The notes under the pieces are model-generated. The model was not told the origin of the DNA. It did no database searches and saw only the letters and a program-made list of their open reading frames with translations. Shown here one piece after another: positions 16,860-31,386 of a stretch of 64,000 bases of DNA (position 1 is the stretch's first letter; each line of letters opens with the position of its first letter). This stretch comes from the human T2T-CHM13v2.0 reference genome, Homo sapiens: assembly GCF_009914755.1 (NCBI RefSeq), contig NC_060930.1; one strand, given 5' to 3'. A program made the position numbers and the translations under genes.

Positions 16860-18830
16860 AGAGCATATAACCCACCAGCATACACATTCATAATAAAAAT
16901 GATTAGGGAATCAGGAATTTTAGGGAAAGGTTTTACTACTAAAAAGTGATTTTCTATAGAAAATTAACATCTAGAAGTGATATAAATAGGTGAACATTAG
17001 AAGCATTCCTGGAAAAATCAAGAATGAGACAACAATACACAGTATGGTAGCTTATATTTAAACTGAATTGAAGTCCTCAGTGCAATAATATTGTAAGAAA
17101 TATTAAACTGGAAAGGAGGAAATTAAAATACCATTAATTGCACGTTTTATGATCATTTACATTGAAAAATATTCTACAAATTGTTACAAATAATAGAATA
17201 GTGTAGCAAGCAGACTAGATATAATATGTTTGCTAAAGTCAGTTGTATTTCTATATAACAGTAACAAACTAATAGAAAATTAAAGGGAAGACAACATTTT
17301 CAGTAGTCTCAGGGAACCTCAATTATCTAAGAATAAATCTTAAAAAATATGTAGAAAAGCCCTGCAGGGGAAATTATAAAACATTATTATGCAATATTAA
17401 TGACTACATATGTAAAAAAGTATATCATTTTCATGACTAGGAAGTCAATATCATAGAAGTATCAATTCTTCCAGATCAATATATAAAATAGATATGATTC
17501 CAATGTAAAAACATAATTTTTTATGGATGATAATAAAATGATAGTACCATATATACATATATTAAGGGCCATAAATAGGATATTTCTGAAGAAGAGTAAC
17601 AAATTGGGAGACTTGCTTTTCCGGTTATTAGGACTGTCATGAGGCTATAAAAATTGACAGCTTAGCAATGTTAGAAGGTTACAAACCTAATTGATTAGTG
17701 GAATTAAAGAGGGTTCAGAGAAATATATTAAAATACATAGAGGACTTCGGTAAATCACAGAGATGGTATTCCATTTAGGTGGTGAAATGTTCAATAAGTG
17801 GATTGGAAAAAATTATTATCTACATATTCAAAAGTGAATTTAAAACCCTACTTCTTATGATATACAAAAATCTACTCCAGCAAGTTAACGGTTCAAATGT
17901 TAAAACTTTAAATCACTTGGTGGCCAGGCATAGTGGCTAATGCCTGTAATTCCCCCACTTAGGGAGACAGAGGTGGGGGGATAGCTTGAGCCCAGGAGTT
18001 TGGGACCTGCCTGGGCAACATAGCAAGACCCTGTTCTCCACTAAAAGGAAAAAAAAAAAAAAAAGAAGAGAGAGAGAGAAAAAAAGGGCTTGGTAGAAAA
18101 TATAAGTGAATATCTTTTGGACCTTGGGTAGGTGGTTTCCTTAAATAAGACATGAAACATATTGACAATGACATAAAATATTAATAAATTTGGCAATATT
18201 AAAAATAAGAACTTTTGGTCATAAGAAGCTACTTTAAAGAAAGTGAAAGTAAGTTACAAACTGGAAGAATATATTCATGACTCCCACACTACAAAAATTA
18301 GGATCAACAATACAAAATAAGAAAAACACAACTAACCTACAGGCAAATGGGCAGGAGAACAGACATTTCACAGAGGTAGAAATCATAGACCATTAAACAT
18401 ATGAAAATATGTTCACTTCATTCATGATTAGGAAAATACAAGTCAAGAAAAAATTAGATGTCATTGTATATGCATCTGATTGGTCACCATTGAAACTCTG
18501 TCAATATTAAGCATTGGGGAATATGTTGATCCACTGGTGAGAGTATAAATTGGTGAGTCCACTTTAGAAAACAATTTGGCATAACCTTCTAAAACTGAAG
18601 ATTAACCTATGACCAATCAATGATCCATCAATTTCAATTCAAACTATGTGCCCAAAATAAACTATTGCACATGTAAAAAAGTTAATTCCTAGCATATTAC
18701 ATAACAATGTAAAACATTTTATGAAGATTACATTGGTATATATGTTTTAAGAAAATATGTAGATGCACTGAACTAAATAAAAGCAAAAAAGCAAGTGATG
18801 AGCATGAGATTCAGGAAGATGTTTACCTTG
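16860..18830 (+). mobile_element. Highly diverged L1M (L1ME-like) ORF2/3' remnant
   Basis: A-rich, with decayed L1 ORF2 motifs (AGAAGCATTCCTGGAAAAATCAAGAATGAGACAA; ACAGACATTTCACAGAGG); boundaries approximate. Confidence 0.65.
17922..18063 (+). mobile_element. FLAM/Alu monomer inserted in old L1
   Basis: GGCCAGGCATAGTGGCTAATGCCTGTAAT...CCTGGGCAACATAGCAAGACCC followed by A tail. Confidence 0.85.
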
Positions 18831-21136
18831 AGTTGGAGAAAGTAAGGAAATGGATGCAGGAATGTTTTCAAAGTCCTAGGCTTTGTTTCGAAAGGAGGAT
18901 TCACATGTGGGTGTTTATTACATTAGTGAAAATAATTATGTAATTAGCCAAATAAATGAAAATTGGACCAACATGGACAAGTGATAAGATTATGACACTA
19001 ACCAACGGGTATGATTAATTTAACTTTGTGCCCCCAGATAATCAGAATTTTCTCTTAGAGAAGGAGCTGTATTATATTAGAAAATACTTTAATAAGCAAT
19101 TAGTACTGAGGTCATGGATTAACAGGTGTCAAAGAAATAAAAGAGATGGCTACATTACTCTAGATTAGAAATGAATAGGGATTTCTTCCTTGTTGGAAAC
19201 AAGGAGAAAGGAATGAGGATATCACCATTCGAACAGGTTTTGTATTTTTGCAATATTAACTGTGCCTTCCTAAAACTTCAGGAAAAAGCACCAGACTCAA
19301 AAATGCCTCCTGTCTGGTGGTTTCTCTGTGGAAACAAAGGAATGACATAGAGTTCCACATCTACCTGTCATAGTTCAAAACAGCTTGAGCACTTGAGGGT
19401 AGAAAAGCAAACCATACCCTGACATTCTCCATTGGTAGCAGCAGCAGGAATCTGGAAGTGACCCATGAAAACTCACCTCAGGGTTTTAAAGATATCATGA
19501 TGATGACATGGACTTTCAAGGGAAATTCAAGGTTTCCCCAATAATGTTTTCTATCAACTACTAATTTCCTTTTATATATTACAGATTACACAATGTATAA
19601 AAGCAGCACTCCTCAAGACTCAAAGGTCTTCAAAAATTGCTGCTCACTATAATTTATAAATGATATATTTGTAACATAATTCATAACATAATTTATAAAA
19701 TTAAATCCTATTGTAAGCTCTGTTTCTAAAAGTACATAAATATACAAAATTTATTATTATATGTTTACGTAGCATCATTTTACTTGCCTTCAATGATTAG
19801 CACTTTCTTGTACGTACTGGAGAGGCAGAAATAAATGCATTCAGAAAAATGTATTTGGTTTCAGAAACACCTTAACTTACACAGAATCTCTCATATTTAT
19901 TTATGTCTACAAATGTTATTTTTAGGATATTAAATATTTCCAAAAGGATAGAAAATTAATAGGCCGAGTAGAAAACTTACGAAATGCTGGCATTTTCTTG
20001 AGTCTCGAATGGAGACTTCTCTGTTAACAAATTGAGGAGTACAAACGTTTGTAATGTCATTCCCATATTTTTAAAAACAACAGCAAAAATAGTGTAATCC
20101 TAATGGTTTCAACCGATCTGGTCAGTTAAAAAAGTTGCTTTGCGGTGAAAGAAAAAGTAAAATAATGCCGCAATTTTATTTTATTTTAATTTTATGCTGC
20201 TAAAATTCAAACAAAGGCTTATAATACTGTGTTTCCAATCAGCTATTGAATGAGAAATATTGCAGATTTCAATGGCCCGCTTGTAATTTACAATGATGTT
20301 ATTTATCAAACCATATTGATAGCTTCTTCAACAAATTCTCTTGCAAATAATGTGTTGCACAGACTTAAATTTCAGTTAGAAAATATTTACATGAGAATTA
20401 TCTTTTTTTTAATGAGAATAAATATATTTCACTCATCTGGAGGCCCAAATGAACCAGTGGCTCTCTTGGAAGAGGAATTTTTAATGTCCTCAGGCATGTT
20501 CCCATAAAAGTTAATGGAGAGTTGATTAAACTTTGGGGATCTTGGAAATTTATATTTAGATTGGGGATAGTTTTAATTGTAACAGCTTTTCATGTTAACA
20601 TTGGTTTAGCATATTTCATCTTTAGGGTAGTTATAGGTCATATTTCTTCCTTGCTGCATAACACAAGACACTTTTATCTGATATGGAGGCAGTCTTGGCA
20701 TAAGTCACACACCATTTCCACGATCATCAGTAGGGTCAAGGAATTAGTAGTAGCATCAGTGGTCTTGTAGTCCTACTTAGTACTTAGCACTGAAGAAATA
20801 TTAGAATCTAAATTTACTAATATGATTCTGACAGACTGGAATGTACTAGTTTACAAGTTAATAAGGCATTAAATGTATTACATACATAGGATTTCAACTT
20901 AAGATTTTGTTTTTCAATACAAAGTTCAGCCTTACCCCCAGACTGCCTATGTCAAAATCTTGATAAACTTGAAATCTCTATAAATATAAATCTTCCCAGA
21001 TGATTCTAATGATCTTCCAGTTTTAGATACTACTACTATAGAATATTTTCAGACCTATACGATCTCTGTCTTTACTTTATTCTCCCCTTTTAACAAACAC
21101 ATTTAAAAAATGTTCATTTATCTGTGTGATGGATGG

Positions 21137-21670
21137 GGTGTGGTAGACTGACTTATCTGATTCATGCTCTGCAGAAGCAGCAGAGGGTAAAACAGTATTT
21201 CCAAACTTCCCTATACCTACACTTGATTTAGGTTTTGCCTATTGCATAACTTGTGCAATATACTTGTGTAAGACTAGATTTCAAAATGTAAGTAAGTGGT
21301 GAGACAGAATGCACACAAGTCATACATTTGCTGTTGAGATTCAGCCCATATGGTGTGGTTTTGGAATCAGTACTTCTGAGCAAAGCTCTCATTTCTAGGC
21401 AACAACTAGCAGGATATTTGGGAGCCAGCAGGTGGCAAAGCAGGTTCCTGATTCCCAGCTTCCCAATTATGTAGAGATAACTGTTGCCTTAGCAGGTCAG
21501 TTTATGCGGTGGTGTTCTGGGAGTATTCCTGAAAGCTTAGCTCAACCTAAAACCTGCTATTTCAACTATTCCAAGTGTTTTGTAAGCATCTAATTCCCTA
21601 TATGTTGTCCTGTTTCTGTTAAAAATAGCTAGGGTGGTTTCTGTAATCTTCAACTGATCCCAGATTAGTA
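21137..21670 (+). mobile_element. Ancient ERVL LTR (LTR16-like)
   Basis: 3' end resembles LTR16 (AAAATAGCTAGGGTGGTTTCTGTAATCTTCAACTGATCCCAGA); diverged. Confidence 0.45.
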
Positions 21671-22744
21671 ACTTCCTTTTATAGCTACCTACCTGTTAAT
21701 CATTGCTCAATGTACACAGTAATCAGCAGAGATCAGTAAACAAAAAAGATCTTCAAGGAATATAAGAACAAAAAGTTCTTGATTGATTTACAAGTGATAA
21801 TAACCCATAGTAAACAGATCAGAGGATCTATAGAAAGGACAATTACCATGCATACTCATTGGCATCAGGCTTCCACATATGGCATGGCACAAAACTCTCC
21901 TACTCTTGCATTATTAAATCCATCATGCATTTGAACGCTTATTAAAACTATTCTGTGTGCTTTCATTTTAAAGAAAAAACCTAAAAACAGTGAGCCTTAA
22001 TTTCCTCTTAAACATTAACATGATAGGATTAAAGAAGAGGCTTAGATACCTTTCTCTGGGGATCATATATGTTGCAAAGAGAAGAAAGGTTTGGCTGAAA
22101 ACTTAGAAAAGATCATATGAACTATAGTCTAAATTCTTATTTTTTGACCCTTTCTGGTTTTCTGTATATTTCTATATTTGTTCATATGTTTGACATTTGT
22201 GGAGCACATATCAAGTGGACTTGATACTATGCTAGACGATGGTCGTAGAGCACAATGCATAATAAAATAGATGTTTCAAGGAACTTGTGTTCTTAAGGTA
22301 GGAGAAAGATACTAAATGACTGATTACAAAAGTAATTGAAATTATTATATATGTGTAATACATAAATGAAACCATAGGATGACATAACCATGGGGTTTTG
22401 ACCCAGTTTTCCTTGAGGAAATATTAATTGAACTAAACCCTAAAAGTGAAATTAACCAGGAGGCTGGAGAGAAGAGTTTTCTTGGCCGAGTTGTTGCATA
22501 TGAATGACCCGAGCAGAAGGAAGGTCCTGGGACTTTTTAATAATAAACCCAAAATATGCAAAAAGTTCTCTCCTCAGTCACTATGTCAGATCTAGAAGCA
22601 GGCTAAGAATGGAATATTTAAATAATGGGAGGTAAAAGGAGAAAAAACTGCAGAAAATAGTAGAGAAATGAGAAGGACATTTCTCCAAAATGCTTCTTTT
22701 CAAGGGCATGCCATACCTGGAGATTTATCTCCCTCTGACCTAGT

Positions 22745-23060
<316 letters not shown>

Positions 23061-23124
23061 TAGACAGATAATTCACTCATTTTTTCCTACCCCCACACCT
23101 CTTCACACCATCAAATTCCATTAC

Positions 23125-23808
23125 TGATATTGCATTTAGCCCTTGCTTGAAGATTGGAATCCTCATCCTTCCTGGGCAGGAGCTGGCTTAGCTGGTTTAT
23201 TGGTGAGGGTAGGCATGATAAAATGTGTACACATGAACAGACAGGTAAGCCCCTAGGGAATGTCTGTACCATTGCTTCAGCAAAACCAGTTTGTCTGATC
23301 TTCCTGAGGAGAGCAAAGATCACCTGGTGGCCATCAAGCAGATCATCCAGAGGCAAAACTCTTTATCAGAGGAATTCAGAAGTAATCAGATTTCCCTATT
23401 ATCTAAGGCAGGCATCTGGTTGCAGGTTTCTTTCCCCAAAATTTGTAAGTAACTAGAATTTCTATATATCTCCAGAATACATGCGAATCAAAACTTATTA
23501 TGCAACCCTTGCTGACATTAAGGCGCCAAAATGTCTACAAATGTAATCATTTATCATGACCTAAGTGGCTGATATGATCTAAATTACCCTTAAGTTCCTC
23601 CTTTAAGGACCATAAATACTCCTAAGGAAAAATCCACTGCTGCGCACTCAGTCCTCTTTTAGTGAGGTGCCCACTGCACTCTTCTGGAGCATTCTTTCTA
23701 TCTAATAAAACTTTCTTTTTTAAATCTATACTGTCACCTGTAAATTCTTTTTGCCAACCCTTGAGTTGACCACTTTCTGATGCCAGGGCTCTGACACCTT
23801 GCCCAGCA
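23125..23808 (+). mobile_element. ERV1 solo LTR (MER4-group, MER83/84-like)
   Basis: Core GAGGCAAAACTCTTTATCAGAGGAATTCAGAAGTAAT; TATA-like CATAAATA near 23611, AATAAA at 23704-23709; TG...CA termini flanked by TTAC/TTAC; subfamily and 5' boundary uncertain. Confidence 0.65.
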
Positions 23809-24373
23809 TTACCTATTATGGGAGAGACTGTGGGCCAATGGTGCTTTTATTGTGTAATTACATTTCCTTTCCAGCTACAGAGATATTCAATTACTATTTT
23901 ATTCTTTGTAATTTGGTAAGAAAGAGAACCTCAAGCAGCAAATACTTTGTTATTTAATTTTTGTTGCTGCATAACCTTGGATATCTTACAAGAAATAATG
24001 TCATAACCTTGGTTAACTTACTTTGCTCAAAACAATGTTAAAACTTTATTAACACCTTCTATTTTGTTAAAAAGGAAAAATTGTTGTAAAGCAAGGCCAG
24101 GAGATTCAGCGTCATGTGAAGATTCTGCCAGGATCTCCTAAAGCAACTTATCTTTCTTTCTTTTATTTCACTACTTTTTAAAAAAAACAAACAAACAGGT
24201 CTTTATAATGAATTCTTTACCATTAGTGCCACTAGTTAATAAATAAAGGTAACAACTCTGAGTGAGGAGTCAATCTGTCATAATCTTTCCCTTATGAGAC
24301 TGTAGATGCGTTTGTATGATAAAAGCCACAGCAAAGTCATAAATTGCTCCCAGGTTTAGAAAGCTTGGAAAAA

Positions 24374-24680
<307 letters not shown>

Positions 24681-24916
24681 GACAGAGAGAGAGAGAAAGG
24701 AAAAGAAAGCTTGTAAAAAGATTTGTTAAATGTTAAATCCTTAGCACAACACAGTCTCTGCTTTTTCACTTTATCTTCTATTAAATTCTTCAATAATCAG
24801 AGCAAATAAGCTACTATTTGAAAGCAACCATTCTTAGGTATACAGCCATTATATTCTGAATAATGTAAAATAAGTCAAAAATGTCAGTATATGGAGTTAT
24901 AGAACAGTCGAGTGGC

Positions 24917-27120
24917 TTTTATTCAACATGGTATTGGAAGTCCTAGCCAGGGCAATTAGACAAGAGAAAGAAATAAAGGGCATCCACACTGCAAAGGAAG
25001 AAGTCAAATTGTTATTGTTTGCTGATGACATGATCTCATATTTAGAAAAACCTAAAGACTCTTCCAAAAAAAAAAAAAAGGTTAGAATTGATAAATTCAG
25101 CAAAGTTGTAGGATACTAAATCAACGTACAAAAATCAGTAGCATTTCTATATGCCAACAATGAACAATCTAAAAAAGATATCAAGAAGGCAATCCCATCT
25201 ATAATAGCTACGATAAACAAATACCTAGGAATACACTTAACCAAAAAAGTGAAGGATCTCTACAATGAAAACTATAAAATACTAATGAAATAAAATGAAA
25301 AAAAACACACAAAAAGGAAAGATATTGCATGTTCATGAATTAGAAAAATAATATTGTTAAATTGTTCATATTACCCAAAATGATCTACAGATTTAATGCA
25401 CTCTCTATTAAAATACCAATGACATTCTTCACAGAAAAATAAATCCTAAAATTCATATAGAATTACAAAAGACTCCAAATAGCCAAAGTTATCCTAAGTA
25501 AAAAGAACAAAGCAAAAAGAACACATGGAAGCATCACATTACCTGACTTCAAAAGATACTAAAAAGCTATAGTAACAAAAAGTGCATAGTACTGGCATAA
25601 AAACAGACACATAGACCAATAGAACTGAATAGAGTACACAGAAAAAGTTTTTATATTTACAGACAACTTATTTTCAACAAAGGTGCCAAGAATATACACT
25701 GTGGAAAGGACGGTCACTTCAACAAATGGTGTTGGAAAAACTGGATAACCACATGCAGAATAATGAAACTAGACCCCTATCTCTCACTGTGTGTGAAAAT
25801 CCAATTAAAATGAATCATAGACTTATATATAAGACCTGAAACTATGAAACTACTACCAGAAAACATTGGTGAAATACTTCAGGACATTGGTTTGATACAG
25901 ATTTTTTAGTAAGACCTCAAATGCACAGGCAACCAAAGCAAAAATGGACAAATAGGACTATATCAAGTTGAAAACCTCTTCACAACAACAACAACAACAA
26001 AAAAAACAAACAAAAAAATACTAAACAAAGCGGAGAGAAAACCTACAGAATGGAAGAAAATATTTGGAAGCTATCCATCCAGCAAGGGAAGACGTAAGAG
26101 ATTCAAATGATTGAATAGCAAAAAACAAACAAACAAACAAACAAACAAAAAACAAATTATCTGATTGAAAATTAGCAAAGATCTGAATAGACATTTCTCA
26201 AAGAAGAGATAAGAATGGACAACAGGCATATGAAAAATACTCAACACCACTAATTATTAGGGAAATACAAACCAAAACCACAATGAGATATCACCTCATC
26301 CCAGTTAAAATGGCTATTATCAAAAAGACAGTAAGAATGTTGATAAAGGGGCAATGCTTATACACTGTTGTTGGGAATGTAGATCAGCCACTATGGAAAA
26401 CAGTATGGAGATTCCTCAAAAAACTTAAAATAGAACTACCATATGATGCAATAATCCCATTGCAGTGTATATATCCAAAAGAAAGAAAATCAGTATATCA
26501 AAGAGTTATCTGTGCTTCCATGTTTATTACAGCACTAGTTACAATAGACAAGATTTGGAATCAACCTGTGTTCATCAATGGATGAATGGATAAAGAAAAT
26601 GTGGTATGTATACATAATGAAATATTATTCAGCCATAAAAAAGGAAGGAAATCTTATCATTTGCCACAACATGGATGGAGCTGGAGGATATTAAATGAAA
26701 TAAGCCATGCAGAGAAAGAGAAATATCACTTTTTAACTCATACGTGGGAGCCAAAAAAAATCAATCTCATGAAAGTAGTGAATAGAATGGTGGTTACAAG
26801 AGGCTGGGAAGTGTAGTCAGGAACATGGGATGAAGAGGGAATGGTTAATGGGTAGAAAAACACAGTTAGGTGGAATGAATAAATTCTAGCCTTTGATACC
26901 ACAACAGGTTTACTATAGTTAACAATAATTCATAGCATTTTTCAAAATAGCTAGAAAAGAATATTTAGAATGTTCCCAACAAAAAGAAATGACCAATGAG
27001 GTGATAAATATCATAATTACCCAGATTCAATCATTACTCATGTAATGTTTGCATCCAAATATCGTATGTACCTGATAAATATGCACAACTATTATGTATC
27101 CATACATGATTAATTAAAAA
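24917..27120 (+). mobile_element. 5'-truncated L1MA-type LINE (ORF2 3' half and 3'UTR)
   Basis: ORF 24928-25119 [17 protein letters not shown]...LFADDMI; ORF2 C-terminal MRYHLIPVKMAIIKK; L1MA-like 3'UTR (AATAGAATGGTGGTTACAAGAGGCTGGG). Confidence 0.9.
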
Positions 27121-27620
27121 ATAGTCACTTGACTTTTTCTAAAATTTCTGGTACAGATATCTGTATGGCAACATGTATTCTTTTCTGCCTATTACAAGAT
27201 TAATATGCAACCAAAAAAACCTGCCTCTAAATTGTGGGGCTTTCATGTTTTTGATAAGGTTTAAAGGAATCAGAATTAATGGAATATATGCTCTACGAAT
27301 AAATATGTCACCATCTCATATTCTTTATCTAGAGAGTGGAAGAAATAAATGGGTATGCACAAATATTTCAGCACTTGTGATCTATAAAGGGCTAAGATGA
27401 AGATATCTAATACATGGTTCCTGCTCTCAACAATTTTATGTTCTTAGAATACAAAAGGAAAATGATTTATTATATTTTAGAAAAATACTTACACATCCTA
27501 CCACTTTAAACGTGTTTTATTAGATGAAACATATAGCAATAATTTGTAACAAAACAACTGTTTGAGAACATTTACTAGAGAAATAGTTTGCCTAGATGAA
27601 ACAGTCATCGGAATTTTAGC

Positions 27621-28510
27621 TGTAAACTGGAAATAAAATCCTAAGCACCCCCACATACTGAGCAGACCCCCTTTTGGCCAAGGGATGCCCGCCTCAAAAA
27701 AACCCTTAAAACCTGAATTCCTGGCCATAAAAGGAAGGGAAGTCGGACATACTTCTGACTTTTTGGAGTTTAGACACAACTGACAGGCATTCATGTTAAA
27801 ATAGAGATTATAAAACTGACAAAACAGACTCTTTGTGTCAATAAGACACCAAACTATAAACAAGATCTAAGGTAATGCAAGGCAAGAATTAGGCCATTCA
27901 TCTTGCCACAGAGCATCCTTTTGTTAATATAAAACATTTATGTCCAGCCTGGGCAACATGGCAAGACCTTGACTCTACTAAAAGTACAAAAAAATAGCCA
28001 GGCATAATGGTACATGTCTGTTGTCCCAACTACTCAGAGGGCTGATGTGGGAGGATCACTTGAGTCGTGGAGGTTGCAGTGGGCTGAGATCGCGCCACTG
28101 CACTCCAGCCTGGGTGAGAGAGCAAGACCCTTTCTCCAAAAATAAATAAATAAATAAATAAATAAATATAATTTTTTTATGTGCACTCCAAGTTTTAGAC
28201 AGAGCCTTATTCCTTTAACCAAGTGCAAATTAAAGAATCTCTGAATTCATCTATAAGCTGTAAGCCCTCAGCTTCAAGATATCCCAGCTTTTTGAGCTGA
28301 ACCAATGTATGCCTTCCATGTATTGATTTACGTTTTTGACTGTACTTCTTGGCTCCCTAAAATGTATAAAACCAAACTGTAATCTGACCACCTTGGGACC
28401 ACTTTCCCAAGGCTTCTTGGGTTTGTGTTTTCCCTGGGCCTCAGTTGCTCATATTGGTTCAGAGTAAACTTCTGTAAAACATTTTACAGAGTTTGGTTTT
28501 TCTGTTAGCA
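27621..28510 (+). mobile_element. ERV1 solo LTR (MER4D/E-like) containing an Alu fragment
   Basis: Begins TGTAAACTGGAAATAAAATCCTAAGCACCCCC; ends AGAGTTTGGTTTTTCTGTTAGCA; TSD TAGC/AAGC; AluJ-type insert at about 27945-28166 with (TAAA)n tail. Confidence 0.8.
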
Positions 28511-29589
28511 AAGCAAAAGAGATAGGCCTTGACATTAAGTTTGATTTTAGTGGTAAAGTATTAGAAATGATTCAGAGGTTTCTGGCTTGTACAGTTGGGT
28601 GCATGGTGGTATCAGTCACAAATAAAGTGAAAATTGGAAGAAAAGCAGTTGTGAAGGAAGACTACAGTTTTTGTTAAACAAGCGCACTTGAGACACCGAA
28701 GAAGAATCATGTAGCCGCCACCTAGCGTAGGAGGCCTTCTGAGCCTTCTCTGTTGGATCTGGTGTGGATTGGGTAGAAATGTGCTGGGCTGCAGTTTAAT
28801 TGGGAGGGGAGAGAGAAGGGCAGGGAATATCAAGTCGGATTCTCCTGCTCTGTCCCCAGGAGAGGCAGGTAAGCTGCTTTCATTGCTGGTCAGCACTAGT
28901 AAGTCAGGAAGGAATCTCTTTGGGTGAAGGGGAATTTCAGAGACTTCCTTTAAATACTCTACTTAGAACCCTCAAGGTATTTGCCATTCTTGGGGAACCC
29001 TGAGCCAGGGCAAACTGAAACCAAAGCCCTTCTGATTCCTACCGCTCCTCCAGTTCCTGCCCTTCCCCATCACTAACTCCCAACAAATGTACACAGATTG
29101 TATTTGTGTAGATGTGGCCTCAGGAAATCAAAAGGTCCTAGAATGCAGGTAATTTAAAGTCTTACTAAATAATCTTCTGTCCAGTTTTTCCACATGGGTT
29201 CTATAATCTATTCAAGGAGGTCGGGGGGAAAAGCATTCTTTTATTTATTTTTGTACCTCATTAGTAAGTCCTAACCATACTCTTCCTTAGGTCCCTTTTC
29301 CAACTCAGTCTCGTTCTCACATTTTTAGAAAGGACAACGGGATCTTTAAATTCTCTCGGTTTGTGTTGGGAAAGGACCCAAATTAGTGTGCTTCCTCATT
29401 GACAGTCAGAGTAGCCTTCAAGCAGTATATCCAGGGAAGGCATTTACACCTCCTCCCCGCCCTCTTTTTCAGTTTGGCCTACTCTAGCCTGCATTTCGCT
29501 CTCCCTGTAACTATGAGAGAAAATAACACACACTATTCACTCTCCTTTGTCTGCAAAGTCTGGCATTTCAGTGGTTTTCTTTAAGGGGG

Positions 29590-30088
29590 GTCCTCATTTG
29601 TGACCAGCTTTGTCATTAACGGAAATCAATCTGAATGCCCCATTGTGCATCTTTTTTCTTTCCTTGCAGTCTGAGATTGCCTTTGCCAAGTTTTTTCTCA
29701 CCGAACCTGAAAGCCCTTCTCTCATTTTCCCGTTCCCTGCCTCCAGCCCCATTGAATCCCTGCCGAGCTTTCTCAGGCATAAGGGCTGTAGTGTGAGGAT
29801 TGGGAGGAACTCGACCTACTCCGCTAACCCAGTGGCCTGAGCCAATCACAAAGAGGATTGGAGCCTCACTCGAGCGCTCCTTCCCTTCTCCTCTCTCTGT
29901 GACAGCCTCTTGGAAAGAGGGACACTGGAGGGGTGTGTTTGCAATTTAAATCACTGGATTTTTGCCCACCCTCTTTCCAAATAAGAAGGCAGGAGCTGCT
30001 TGCTGAGGTGTAAAGGGTCTTCTGAGCTGCAGTGGCAATTAGACCAGAAGATCCCCGCTCCTGTCTCTAAAGAGGGGAAAGGGCAAGG
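29590..30088 (+). promoter_or_regulatory. FABP7: FABP7 proximal promoter and 5'UTR
   Basis: NFI-type palindromes TTGAA-N5-GCCGA (29752-29766) and CTGGA-N5-GCCCA (29954-29968); CCAAT 29842-29846; TATA-like AAATAAGA from 29979; Pbx/POU-like AATCAAT near 29624. Confidence 0.75.
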
Positions 30089-30161
30089 ATGGTGGAGGCT
30101 TTCTGTGCTACCTGGAAGCTGACCAACAGTCAGAACTTTGATGAGTACATGAAGGCTCTAG
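30089..30161 (+). CDS. FABP7: FABP7 coding exon 1 ([25 protein letters not shown])
   Basis: ATG in strong context AGGATGG; FABP signature; donor G|GTAGGT; 73 nt. Confidence 0.98.
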
Positions 30162-30584
30162 GTAGGTAACAATAAGACCGGCTGTTCTCTTCTCAACGTG
30201 CAGCTTTAGATATTTGCAGATTCCATTTTTCACTCATCAGGTCAGCAAGAGGCAAAGACAGATCACATTGCCCTGATCAGATGCTAGGCTATGCATTTTC
30301 CACTGAATGGATTTTTAATGTGGCACTTGCTTGCCTTCTTACCCAGGGCCAATAAAAACAGAACATTTGCTATTCCGTGGAGAATATGAAGCTTCTCTGA
30401 CTTTTTTGGTTTTCTTCTGCATCCACTTATTATCACAGTAGTGTTTTACATGATTAATGGGCTAATCATGTTCTAATGAAACTTACACTTTAGAACCTGG
30501 ATTCCAGAATCAGAAAGCAGATTCTTGCTTTGTGAGTTATTTTGGAAGTCGCTGCAGACTGTACTGTTCCCTTTGCTATTTTAG

Positions 30585-30757
30585 GCGTGGGCTTTGCCAC
30601 TAGGCAGGTGGGAAATGTGACCAAACCAACGGTAATTATCAGTCAAGAAGGAGACAAAGTGGTCATCAGGACTCTCAGCACATTCAAGAACACGGAGATT
30701 AGTTTCCAGCTGGGAGAAGAGTTTGATGAAACCACTGCAGATGATAGAAACTGTAAG
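30585..30757 (+). CDS. FABP7: FABP7 exon 2 ([25 protein letters not shown]...TADDRNCK)
   Basis: Acceptor TTTTAG|, donor AAG|GTGAGA; 173 nt, phase consistent. Confidence 0.98.
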
Positions 30758-31386
30758 GTGAGAAACTGCTTCTTCTTCAGAGTGGGGATGGGGAGGGGGG
30801 AATAAAGATAAAGATTTCCAATGCATGTTTTTTTTAAGATGTTGGAAAGTGTAGAATATTTTCAGTATTTCAATCCAAGGAGAAATACACCAAAGTTAGT
30901 TTAATGTGCATATGTTATATTTTGAACAATGGGTACTTGCTATAGCATAAATCTCAGTTGTATTTGTCTCTTACCATATACTGTTCACATTTTATATCAA
31001 ACTTGTATTTCAGAAAATATTTAATAAGGTTTGTTTGAAAGAGAGATTGCATTTTGTTTAATTCCCCAGGTTGCCTCAGATTGACTAAATAGACAGTTTG
31101 CCTCATTCTAAGGCTTTCTTTAGAGGGACGACTAGCTGCAAAGCACTGGTTTAGGATTTTTGTTTTTAATATATTAAATTTTTGTATTTAGATGTATACT
31201 TTTTAATCAAATTATGAATTCAAATTTACATAATAGAAAATCTAGAAGTAATAGAAATAACAATAGGATAATTAACTGATCATGATTTATTCAATTATAC
31301 AACTCTTTCAAAAATCACATCGTCTTCCGTATCAGAAATCTGAATTGTATTTATTGCTATGTTCTGCATTTTGTTGTTGGTCTCAG

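Noticed and set aside
20250-20770. Two consecutive + ORFs of 85 and 82 aa
   Set aside because: No domain similarity or convincing splice structure; better treated as non-coding
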